Below are positions 16,294 through 24,655 of a stretch of 32,000 bases of DNA, in pieces. Position 1 is the stretch's first letter. Each line of letters opens with the position of its first letter. A model generated the notes under the pieces. It was not told the origin of the DNA. It saw only the letters and a program-made list of their open reading frames with translations, and did no database searches. The DNA lies in assembly GCF_014280175.1 (NCBI RefSeq), contig NZ_CP047931.1, positions 810,001-842,000 on the forward strand, read 5' to 3'. The position numbers and the translations under genes were made by a program. The stretch comes from Synechococcus sp. A15-28. GTDB taxonomy: Bacteria > Cyanobacteriota > Cyanobacteriia > PCC-6307 > Cyanobiaceae.

Positions 16294-16403
16294 GACGATG
16301 TGGTTCGGCACCCTTGTTGTGACCCAGCTCAAAAACAGTGTCAAATGCGTCGCCGGGTCGGTGTTGGATCGCTCGTCAATGACCATGGCCGGAGGGCTGC
16401 GCG

Positions 16404-19400
16404 ATGCGCTTTGACCCCAATCGCTACCCCCTCGACTCTGGTCTGCGGCTGTTGGAGGCGAGCGCCGGCACCGGCAAGACCTTTGCTCTGGCGCATCTCG
16501 CTCTGCGACTGATCAGCGAGGGCGCTATCCCCCTGTCCAGTCTGCTGGTGGTGACCTTCACCGACGCGGCCGCGTCGGAGTTGCGCTCCCGCATCGGTCA
16601 GCGTCTGCAGGTTGCGCTGACGGGGCTTGAGGCTCTCGAACGCGGTGTTGCCTTGCCGGAGGCTGATCCGGTGCTGCAGCAGTGGTGGCAGCGAGCACCC
16701 CAGGGCCAGTCCCGCCGCGACTGGATCAGCCGTGTGCTGATGGCCATGGAACAACTCGATGCCGCTGAGATCACCACCATCCATGGCTTCTGCAGTCGCA
16801 GCCTGCGCAGGCTGGCGATCAGCAGCGGTGCGGCGATGCAGCAGCAGCTGGAGACCGACGCGACGGCTCTCGTGCAGGAGGTGGTTCAGGACCTTTGGCA
16901 ACAGCACGTGTTGACCCTCCCCCTGCCGCAGTTGCAGGGATTGATGCTGGCGGGACTGAGCTCCGACGGTCTGTCGGCTGCGCTGGAGCGTCTCGATGGA
17001 GATCCCCAGGCTCGGTTGCAGACGGATGGGGATGACTTCGATCCCAACCAGCCTTTGGGTGCGCAGCTGGAGGTTTCGCTTCAGGCCAGCTGGAGGCGTT
17101 TCGTGAGCTGTTGGACACGCGATGGCGTGGAACTGGAGCAATGCTTCCGATCGACGGCGCTTCAGTGGAAGGCGATGGGGTGCAAACCGTCGCCTTACAG
17201 CCCTAAACCAACCACTGATCGCTGCGCTCAGGTGGATCGCTGGATCGCAGCCCAGGGCTCCACCCCGGATCTCTGCTCGATCCGGGCGCAACAGAAACTG
17301 CTGCACGACTACTTCCATCCCGGCGTCTGGTGCAGGACGGCCCGCAAATGCGGTGAGGACGAGCCATCCCTGGCGGCGCCTGAGTTGCAACGGGCCATCG
17401 CGGACCTCTGGGATGGCCCGATCGAACGGGTCTGGCGCTACGCCCTGCAACGGGGATTGCAACAGCTCCAGCGGCGGCGGCAGCGCAGCGGCACCGTCAG
17501 CTTCGCTGGTCTGCTGACGGCGATGGATCCGGGTGACGCTGAGGCCTCGTGGTTGGAGCCGTTACAGCAGCGTTACCGCGCCGTGATGGTGGATGAATTT
17601 CAGGACACCGATCCGGTGCAGTGGAGGCTGCTGCAGCGAAGTTTCGGGGGTGGGTCGCACCTGCTGTTGCTGGTGGGTGATCCCAAGCAGGCGATCTATC
17701 GCTTCCGAGGTGGCGACCTGGACACCTATCGACGGGCCCGTGGGTTGGTGAGCCGGATCGACACGCTGGAGGACAACTACCGCACCACGCCACCGCTGAT
17801 GGCGGGGCTGAATGCCCTGATGGCTCCAGGCCTGCCGGAGTCGGGGTTGGAGGTTCCGGCGGTTCAGGCCCGCACGGCACGGCCAGGGGCGGTCCTCCCC
17901 GACGGGCAGCAGCCCCTGCAGCTGCTGCAGTTCGAGCAGGAGCTTCCAACCGGAAAGACCGCCATCGAGGCGGCGGTACCGCCAGCAGTTGCCGAAGTGG
18001 TGATGCAACTGCTGATGGAGCAACCGGCCTTGAGCCCAGACCAGCTCTGCATTCTGGTGAGCCGGCATGACCAGGCCGCCGATCTGCGGCGGGCCCTGGC
18101 GGAACGGGGGGTACCCACACGGCTGGTGGCGCAGGGGGATGTGCTGGACAGCGACGCTGCGCTGGTGCTGCAGCGCTTGCTGGATGCTCTGGCGGCGCCA
18201 GCGGATGATCGCCGCCTGCGGTTATTGGCCGCCTCCCCCCTGGTGGGCTGGTCGGCCGATCGACTCCGTTGTGAGGCCCAGGATCCGCAGCTCGACGCCC
18301 TGGCCCAGCGCCTGCGCCAGGCGGCGGATCAGCTGCCGAGGCTGGGGCTGCTGGGTTGCCTGTCCGGGCTGTTGGACGCGGAACGCACGGCCGGCCTGTC
18401 CGAACAGGGCCGGATGCTGGGGGATCTGCAGCAGGCCGCCCGGCTGGTGCAGGAGGAGATGCACCGCCTGGGGCTGGATCTGGCCGCTGCTGCCCTGTGG
18501 CTGCGGCGGCAAAGGCTGCATCCCCCCAGCCCCCTGCCAGCGGCCCGCGAACCCCACAGCGATCTGTCGGAGAGCGCCGTGGCGGTGGTGACGGTTCATC
18601 GCAGCAAGGGTCTGGAATTTCCAGTGGTGATCTGCCCATACATCTGGGCTGGAGCCAAGGAGGCGCGCTACGTCACCGGCCCCCTGTGGCGGGATGGTGC
18701 GGCGGGAGGTTGGCGGATTGCCTTGAATCGCGACTGGGATCTCGGCTGGATGCTCTGGCAGCGCAGCCATGCTGAACAGGTGGCGGAGGCCGAGCGTCTG
18801 GCCTATGTCGCCGTCACCCGTGCACGTTCGCAGCTGCTGCTGCTCTGGGCCCCCTGCGTGCCGCAGCAGTCGGTGCTGCAGCACTGGCTGTTTGAGGCTG
18901 ATGCGGAAACGCTGCGGGATCTGCCCCTCAGCCAGCGGTCGCTGCAGCAGGAGACCGGCCAGCAGCGTTGGCGACCGCCCCAGCCTGAACAGACGTTGGC
19001 GATTGGGGCCACGCCGCAGCGGATCGATCGCAGCTGGGGGCGTTCCAGTTACTCAGCCTGGATCGCTGCTCCGGCCGCGGAAGCGGTGTTGGAGCAGGGC
19101 CGTGACCAGGATCCAGAGGCCGAGGAGGCCACCGCCGCCGGCAGTGAGGAGTGGCCGGACCAGGGGCCATTGGCAGACTTCCCCCGCGGTGCGGCGGCCG
19201 GGGATTGCCTGCACCGCATGCTCGAACAACTTCCCTTTCAGCGTTCCGCCGATTGGGGGCCTTTGATCGAGCAGGAACTGCAGCGCTCAGGACTTCCCCT
19301 GGACTGGTGCGAGGTGGTGGAGCAGGGGCTGCAGCAGGTGCTGGAAACACCGTTGGGAGGGCCTTTAGCGGCCCTCCCCCTCAACGCCTTGACGCCGGAT

Positions 19401-19955
19401 CGGCGCCTGCATGAGCTCAGCTTCGACCTGCCGGTGCGTCATGCCTGCACGGATGACCTTGTGGAGGCGTTCCGTTTGGATCCGCAGGCTCGCTTTGGCG
19501 GTGACTACATCGAACAGCTCAGTGGCCTCCAGGTGAACTGCCGCGGTTTTCTGACCGGATCGATTGACCTGGTGTTCAGTGATGCGGCCGACCCCCAGCA
19601 GGCCCGCTGGTGGGTGGCGGACTGGAAGAGCAACTGGATCGGTGAGCGCGGTGAGTCGGGCGGCCCCAGCTGTTGCGGCCCACGCCACTACAACCAGTTG
19701 GCGATGGAGGAGCAGATGCGTCACCACCACTACCCGCTGCAGGCCCATCTGTACCTGGTGGCTCTGCACCGGCATCTGCAATGGCGCCTACCCGGATACG
19801 AGCCTGAGCGTCATCTCGGTGGATACGTCTATGTCTTCCTTCGGGGCATGCCGGGACAGGCCCCTGAGGGTGATCGCCCTGGTCGCATCGTGGAACCGGC
19901 TCCCTTGCAACGGGTTCTGGCCCTGGATCGGATGTTGCAGCAGGGGGCGGCATGA
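16404..19955 (+). CDS. recB: exodeoxyribonuclease V beta subunit (helicase-nuclease)
   Basis: SF1 helicase motif I LEASAGTGKTFAL, VDEFQDTD, YRFRGGD. C-terminal PD-(D/E)XK nuclease block GFLTGSIDLVF...WWVADWKSN...HHYPLQAHLY. Confidence 0.92.
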   Translation: MRFDPNRYPLDSGLRLLEASAGTGKTFALAHLALRLISEGAIPLSSLLVVTFTDAAASELRSRIGQRLQVALTGLEALERGVALPEADPVLQQWWQRAPQGQSRRDWISRVLMAMEQLDAAEITTIHGFCSRSLRRLAISSGAAMQQQLETDATALVQEVVQDLWQQHVLTLPLPQLQGLMLAGLSSDGLSAALERLDGDPQARLQTDGDDFDPNQPLGAQLEVSLQASWRRFVSCWTRDGVELEQCFRSTALQWKAMGCKPSPYSPKPTTDRCAQVDRWIAAQGSTPDLCSIRAQQKLLHDYFHPGVWCRTARKCGEDEPSLAAPELQRAIADLWDGPIERVWRYALQRGLQQLQRRRQRSGTVSFAGLLTAMDPGDAEASWLEPLQQRYRAVMVDEFQDTDPVQWRLLQRSFGGGSHLLLLVGDPKQAIYRFRGGDLDTYRRARGLVSRIDTLEDNYRTTPPLMAGLNALMAPGLPESGLEVPAVQARTARPGAVLPDGQQPLQLLQFEQELPTGKTAIEAAVPPAVAEVVMQLLMEQPALSPDQLCILVSRHDQAADLRRALAERGVPTRLVAQGDVLDSDAALVLQRLLDALAAPADDRRLRLLAASPLVGWSADRLRCEAQDPQLDALAQRLRQAADQLPRLGLLGCLSGLLDAERTAGLSEQGRMLGDLQQAARLVQEEMHRLGLDLAAAALWLRRQRLHPPSPLPAAREPHSDLSESAVAVVTVHRSKGLEFPVVICPYIWAGAKEARYVTGPLWRDGAAGGWRIALNRDWDLGWMLWQRSHAEQVAEAERLAYVAVTRARSQLLLLWAPCVPQQSVLQHWLFEADAETLRDLPLSQRSLQQETGQQRWRPPQPEQTLAIGATPQRIDRSWGRSSYSAWIAAPAAEAVLEQGRDQDPEAEEATAAGSEEWPDQGPLADFPRGAAAGDCLHRMLEQLPFQRSADWGPLIEQELQRSGLPLDWCEVVEQGLQQVLETPLGGPLAALPLNALTPDRRLHELSFDLPVRHACTDDLVEAFRLDPQARFGGDYIEQLSGLQVNCRGFLTGSIDLVFSDAADPQQARWWVADWKSNWIGERGESGGPSCCGPRHYNQLAMEEQMRHHHYPLQAHLYLVALHRHLQWRLPGYEPERHLGGYVYVFLRGMPGQAPEGDRPGRIVEPAPLQRVLALDRMLQQGAA

Positions 19956-21505
19956 GCAGCAGTTGGTCCCCAGCCTTTGCCGCAGCGGTGCACGCCGCCC
20001 TGCTGCGCCGCTGGCCACCGGCGTCAGAAGGTGCCGAGCTGGCCCAGCTCAGCCAGGCCCTCGTGGAGGCCCTGGAGCGCGGCGAGCTGGACCTGCCGCT
20101 GACACCGGACCGGGCTGCCGTGGTTCAAGCCAGCGGCTGGCTGGACGGAGGTGATTCTCCGTTGCTCCAGCGGGGTGAGCGGATCGGTTGGCGTCGCTGG
20201 CTGGAAGCCATGGATCGTGTGGTGGAGGAGGTGCTGGAGCGACAGCCGCCGTCCTTGGCTGCCCCGCTGGAGGCCGCTGAGCCCCCGAGCACGCTCAATC
20301 CCGAGCAGCAGGCTGCAGTGCTGGCCATGGATGAGGCCGCCGTCGTGCTGCTCAGTGGAGGCCCCGGTACAGGCAAGACCAGCACCGTGGTGGAGCTGCT
20401 GCGGCGGGCAACGCAGCGCCATCCCAGCTTGCGGATCGGGCTGGCGGCACCCACAGGCAAGGCAGCGCGGCGCTTGGGGGATGCGGTGTGCCCCCGATGG
20501 AGGGAACTGCCCTGTTTCACATTGCATCGCTGGCTGGAGGCGACCGGTGATGGCTTCCGTCGCCATCGTCAGCAACCACTGGAGCTGGATCTGCTGGTGG
20601 TTGATGAGATGTCGATGGTGGATCTGGGGCTGATGAGCGCCTTGCTTGAGGCGTTACCGGATCCATGCCGATTGCTTTTGGTCGGCGATCCGGCGCAATT
20701 GCCTCCGGTCGGAAGTGGTGCTGTCTGGGAACGTCTCCAAGACTCTGATGTGCGCGAACGCCTCGGACCGGCTGCGGTTGAGTTGGTGCAGACCTATCGC
20801 AATCGCGGGGCGATGGCGGCGTTGGCGACGACCCTGCGGCAGGAGGGAATGGAGGCGTTCAGGCGTGATCTGGAGCAGCTGCCGGCAACGGCCAACGTTC
20901 AGCACCAGAGGGCCAGCCTTCGTCGGCTGCCGGCATCGGTGAAAGATGGCTGGTCCGAGCGGCATCTGCGCCTTTCCAACCTGGCCCGTGGGTTGTTGCA
21001 GCGTCCTGAGTCTGAGCTGAACGATGCAGCAACACCGTTGCTCCTGGAACTGGAGAGAGATCTGCTGCTTTGCCCCCGCCGTCGCGGACCGTGGAGCCTC
21101 GAGGACGTGCATCGAGCCCTGTTGGGCGCGGGTGGGTGGAAGGATCCGTTGCGCTGGCCCGAGGGGGTGCCGGTGATCTGCGGTGGTAACCAGCCGGAGC
21201 TGGGGCTCGCCAATGGCGATCTCGGCGTCAAGCTGGGCTCTGGGGATCAGAGCCGTGTTTTGTTCCGTGTGATGACAGCGGATGGACAGGCCCGGGTCCG
21301 TCGGTTGCATCCAGCCCGGCTGACGTTGCTGGAGCCTGCACTGGCCCTCACCATTCATCGGGCCCAGGGAAGTGAGGCCGAGCGGGTCACCGTGCTCTGG
21401 CCGCAGCTGCAGCAAGACCATGTCGCCTACGACAGTCGTCTCCTCTACACAGCAATCACGCGGGCGCGTGGCAGCCTGGAACTGATCACAGCGCTTCAGA
21501 GCTGA
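19952..21505 (+). CDS. recD: exodeoxyribonuclease V alpha subunit
   Basis: Walker A LSGGPGTGKTS, LLVVDEMSMVD, LLLVGDPAQLPPVG, TIHRAQGSE. ATGA overlap with recB. Confidence 0.9.
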   Translation: MSSSWSPAFAAAVHAALLRRWPPASEGAELAQLSQALVEALERGELDLPLTPDRAAVVQASGWLDGGDSPLLQRGERIGWRRWLEAMDRVVEEVLERQPPSLAAPLEAAEPPSTLNPEQQAAVLAMDEAAVVLLSGGPGTGKTSTVVELLRRATQRHPSLRIGLAAPTGKAARRLGDAVCPRWRELPCFTLHRWLEATGDGFRRHRQQPLELDLLVVDEMSMVDLGLMSALLEALPDPCRLLLVGDPAQLPPVGSGAVWERLQDSDVRERLGPAAVELVQTYRNRGAMAALATTLRQEGMEAFRRDLEQLPATANVQHQRASLRRLPASVKDGWSERHLRLSNLARGLLQRPESELNDAATPLLLELERDLLLCPRRRGPWSLEDVHRALLGAGGWKDPLRWPEGVPVICGGNQPELGLANGDLGVKLGSGDQSRVLFRVMTADGQARVRRLHPARLTLLEPALALTIHRAQGSEAERVTVLWPQLQQDHVAYDSRLLYTAITRARGSLELITALQS

Positions 21506-21846
21506 TGCGGGTGGAGCGGCCCTGGGGCTGGTACGAGGACCTGCTGAGCGCTCCTGGCTACAAGGTGAAACGCCTGCAGATTCGCCGCGGTCAGCAGCTG
21601 TCCCTTCAGCGCCATGGCCACCGCAGTGAGAGCTGGACGGTGGTGGCTGGAGATGGCGCCGTGCTGACTGGTGAGCGCTGGGTCGAGGCGAAGGCGGGTC
21701 TGATGCTTTCCATTCCCTGCGGCGTTGTGCATCGCGCCCGAAGCACAACATCCGACCTGGTCATCCTTGAGGTCCAGCACGGCGATGATCTGCGTGAGGA
21801 CGACATCGAACGACTCCAGGATGATTACGGCAGGGTGATAACTTGA
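21505..21846 (+). CDS. cupin-fold protein resembling the C-terminal domain of type II phosphomannose isomerase
   Basis: RPWGWYEDL...YKVKRLQIRRGQQLSLQRHGHRSESWTVVAG...EVQHGDDLREDDIERLQDDYGR. TGATG overlap with recD. Confidence 0.75.
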   Translation: MRVERPWGWYEDLLSAPGYKVKRLQIRRGQQLSLQRHGHRSESWTVVAGDGAVLTGERWVEAKAGLMLSIPCGVVHRARSTTSDLVILEVQHGDDLREDDIERLQDDYGRVIT

Positions 21847-21951
21847 TGATCAACCTTTGAAGCGTAGGCAACACAACCAGAGTGCGATTTTCTGATCGCC
21901 GGGAGGTTGTGAGCCTGATTTCAGAGATCAATCAGGCCAGGGCCTACCACC

Positions 21952-23718
21952 ATGAATGAACAGCAGCTCGGGGAGACCCCGTGCACCGTCGATCTGTCCG
22001 CATCGACACTCCCAGAGCAGGCGTCCGCAGAGGTGTTCACCACCACGATCGACAGCAACAAGCCGGAATCTGGATTTGATGGATTCGGCTTCAGTGAGGC
22101 GTTGCTGAAGACCCTGGCGGATAAGGGATACAGCGAGCCTTCACCGATTCAGAAAGCGGCCTTCCCCGAATTGATGCTGGGCCGTGACCTTGTGGGTCAG
22201 GCCCAGACCGGTACCGGAAAAACAGCCGCCTTCGCCCTCCCATTGCTCGAACGGCTCGCCAGTGGCCAGAAGACACCGCAGGCACTCGTCCTGGCCCCCA
22301 CCCGAGAGTTGGCGATGCAGGTGGCCGATTCATTCAAGGCCTATTCGGCTGGGCACCCCCATCTGAAGGTGCTTGCGGTTTATGGCGGCACCGACTTCCG
22401 CTCTCAGATCAATGCCCTGCGTCGTGGCGTGGATGTTGTGGTGGGAACACCCGGCCGGGTCATGGATCACATGCGGCAGGGAACCCTGGACACCTCCGGC
22501 CTGCGCAGCCTGGTGCTCGACGAGGCCGATGAAATGCTGCGCATGGGCTTCATCGACGACGTCGAATGGATCCTTGAACAGCTGCCGCAGGAACGGCAAG
22601 TGGTGCTGTTCTCCGCGACCATGCCGCCGGAGATCCGTCGGTTGTCGAAGCGCTACCTGAAGGACCCCGCCGAAATCACGATCCGCACCAAGGATCAGGA
22701 AGGCAAACGGATTCGTCAGCGTTCGATCACCGTGCCGATGCCCCACAAGCTGGAGGCTCTCCAGCGGGTGCTTGATGCCTGCGGTGGTGAAGGGGTCATC
22801 ATTTTTGCCCGCACCAAGGCGATCACGCTCACCGTGGCGGAGACGCTTGAGGCCGGCGGGCACCAGGTGGCCGTGCTCAACGGGGATGTGCCGCAGAACC
22901 AGCGGGAGCGCACGGTGGAACGCTTGCGCAGCGGATCCGTTGACATCCTTGTGGCCACCGATGTGGCGGCCCGTGGCCTGGATGTGGATCGCATCGGATT
23001 GGTGATCAACTACGACATGCCCTTCGACAGTGAGGCCTACGTCCATCGCATCGGCCGCACCGGCCGGGCCGGCCGTACGGGTGAGGCGGTGTTGTTTGTG
23101 ACGCCGCGGGAGCGACGCTTCATCAACAACCTCGAGCGGGCCACCGGTCAGCCGATCGAGCCGATGGAGGTCCCTGGCAACACGGCGATCAATCAGGGTC
23201 GACTCGATCGACTGCACAAGCGCCTCAGCGAAGCTGCCCACAAAGAGCGCCCCAATGCAGAGGAGGGGGCGTTGCTGAAGGAGCTGCTGCAACGCATCGG
23301 GACGGAACTGGAGCTCAGCCCCGATCAACTGGCCTACGCCGCCCTGAGCATGGCCATCGGTCCGGAGCCTCTGCTGCGACAGCAGGGCGACGACGACTGG
23401 ATTCAGAACCACCAGCGCCGCGACCGTGAGCGGGGCGATCGCCGGGAGCGTCGCTCCGATCGTCCTGCCCGTGCTTCGGAGGAGAACATGCAGCGGTACC
23501 GCGTCGAGGTCGGCCACCGTGATCGTGTCAAGCCGGGCAATCTCGTGGGCGCCATCGCCGGTGAAACCGGTCTGCAGGGCCGGGCGATTGGTCGGATTCA
23601 GATCTTTGACAACCACAGCCTTGTGGATCTGCCCAAAGGCATGCCGGACGATGTCTTCAACAGCCTGCGACGGCTTCGGGTGATGAACCGAGAGCTGCAG
23701 ATCACTCAGGCATCGTGA
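21952..23718 (+). CDS. DEAD-box ATP-dependent RNA helicase (DeaD/CsdA-like with C-terminal RNA-binding extension)
   Basis: Q motif, AQTGTGKTAAF, PTRELA, DEAD (VLDEADEML), SAT, HRIGRTGRAG. The C-terminal part has an Arg/Asp-rich linker and a DbpA-like domain. Confidence 0.92.
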   Translation: MNEQQLGETPCTVDLSASTLPEQASAEVFTTTIDSNKPESGFDGFGFSEALLKTLADKGYSEPSPIQKAAFPELMLGRDLVGQAQTGTGKTAAFALPLLERLASGQKTPQALVLAPTRELAMQVADSFKAYSAGHPHLKVLAVYGGTDFRSQINALRRGVDVVVGTPGRVMDHMRQGTLDTSGLRSLVLDEADEMLRMGFIDDVEWILEQLPQERQVVLFSATMPPEIRRLSKRYLKDPAEITIRTKDQEGKRIRQRSITVPMPHKLEALQRVLDACGGEGVIIFARTKAITLTVAETLEAGGHQVAVLNGDVPQNQRERTVERLRSGSVDILVATDVAARGLDVDRIGLVINYDMPFDSEAYVHRIGRTGRAGRTGEAVLFVTPRERRFINNLERATGQPIEPMEVPGNTAINQGRLDRLHKRLSEAAHKERPNAEEGALLKELLQRIGTELELSPDQLAYAALSMAIGPEPLLRQQGDDDWIQNHQRRDRERGDRRERRSDRPARASEENMQRYRVEVGHRDRVKPGNLVGAIAGETGLQGRAIGRIQIFDNHSLVDLPKGMPDDVFNSLRRLRVMNRELQITQAS

Positions 23719-23978
23719 TCGCTGGCATTGCCCTTGCCCTGCTGGTCTCCTTCGCGTCTGCCCCGGCATCGGCGGACGAGGAGTCCAACACGATCCGCCG
23801 TTTCTGCATGGCTGCCTTTGAGGCAGCCATGGCCAATGCCGGCCTGGCGGCACCTGAAGGAATGGGCACGTTCACCTGTGACTGTTTTCTGGACCAGGTG
23901 TCCAAGGGTGAGGGCCTGAACGAGGCCCGCGAAACCTGCAAGACGGAGGCAGCCCAGCGCTTCCCTGTCGATTCCTGA
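23715..23978 (+). CDS. small secreted Cys-containing hypothetical protein (87 aa)
   Basis: The GTG start overlaps the helicase stop (GTGA). Signal peptide IAGIALALLVSFASAPASA. Four Cys in the mature part. Confidence 0.55.
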   Translation: MIAGIALALLVSFASAPASADEESNTIRRFCMAAFEAAMANAGLAAPEGMGTFTCDCFLDQVSKGEGLNEARETCKTEAAQRFPVDS

Positions 23979-24167
23979 TCAGTAGACGCTCACATCGGGC
24001 GTCAGCATCTCCAGATCCATTGGGGTCTGCTCCATCAGAGCGATGAGCTCCAGTTGAATCTCCGGAAGGCTGCTGGCCATCAGAGTGTTCAGCAGAGCGC
24101 AGCGATCGCTTGCGGAGAGCTCACCGTCATCCGTCCATTGCAGTGCTCGCAGATGCAGTCCATTCAT
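23979..24167 (-). CDS. small acidic hypothetical protein (62 aa)
   Basis: ATG preceded by a strong AAGGAG Shine-Dalgarno 5 nt upstream. Its stop abuts the stop of the convergent gene (TGA|TCA). Confidence 0.55.
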   Translation of the reverse strand: MNGLHLRALQWTDDGELSASDRCALLNTLMASSLPEIQLELIALMEQTPMDLEMLTPDVSVY

Positions 24168-24364
24168 GCTGCTCCTTTTGTTGTGATCTCATGACAATGG
24201 GCTGACCGTGCGGTTTGCCGTGAACTCTTTCGGTTTCCTTCCGCTTCTTGTGTTGTTTCGTGCGACTCCCCTGTAACGTCATCACGTTCAGGCTTGACCT
24301 CCGGCTTTCTCCGAGCTTCGGGACCGGTTCATGCACTCGGGCACATCCAACGGTTCCACGCTCC

Positions 24365-24655
24365 ATGACCATCTACATCGGCAATCTCTCGTTCCAGGCG
24401 GAGCAGGAGCATCTGTTCGATCTCTTCAGTGAATACGGCGAAGTCAAGAACTGCAGCCTGCCCCTGGATCGAGAGACCGGACGCAAGCGCGGCTTCGCGT
24501 TTGTCGAGATGGTGAACGACGAGGATGAGCAGAAAGCCATCGACGATCTCCAGGAGGTTGAGTGGATGGGTCGCATGATCCGCGTCAGCAAAGCCACGCC
24601 GCGTGAGCGTTCCGGTGGACCTCGCGGTGGCGGTGGCGGCGGTTATCGCGGTTGA
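24365..24655 (+). CDS. RRM-type RNA-binding protein with Gly-rich C-terminus (cyanobacterial Rbp)
   Basis: RNP2 IYIGNL, RNP1 KRGFAFVEM, C-terminal GGPRGGGGGGYRG. I chose ATG 24365 within the longer ORF. Confidence 0.9.
   Translation: MTIYIGNLSFQAEQEHLFDLFSEYGEVKNCSLPLDRETGRKRGFAFVEMVNDEDEQKAIDDLQEVEWMGRMIRVSKATPRERSGGPRGGGGGGYRG

Noticed and set aside
24273-24286. An NtcA-like site GTA-N8-ACG upstream of rbp
   Set aside because: The second half-site is ACG rather than TAC, and no suitably spaced -10 element is evident.
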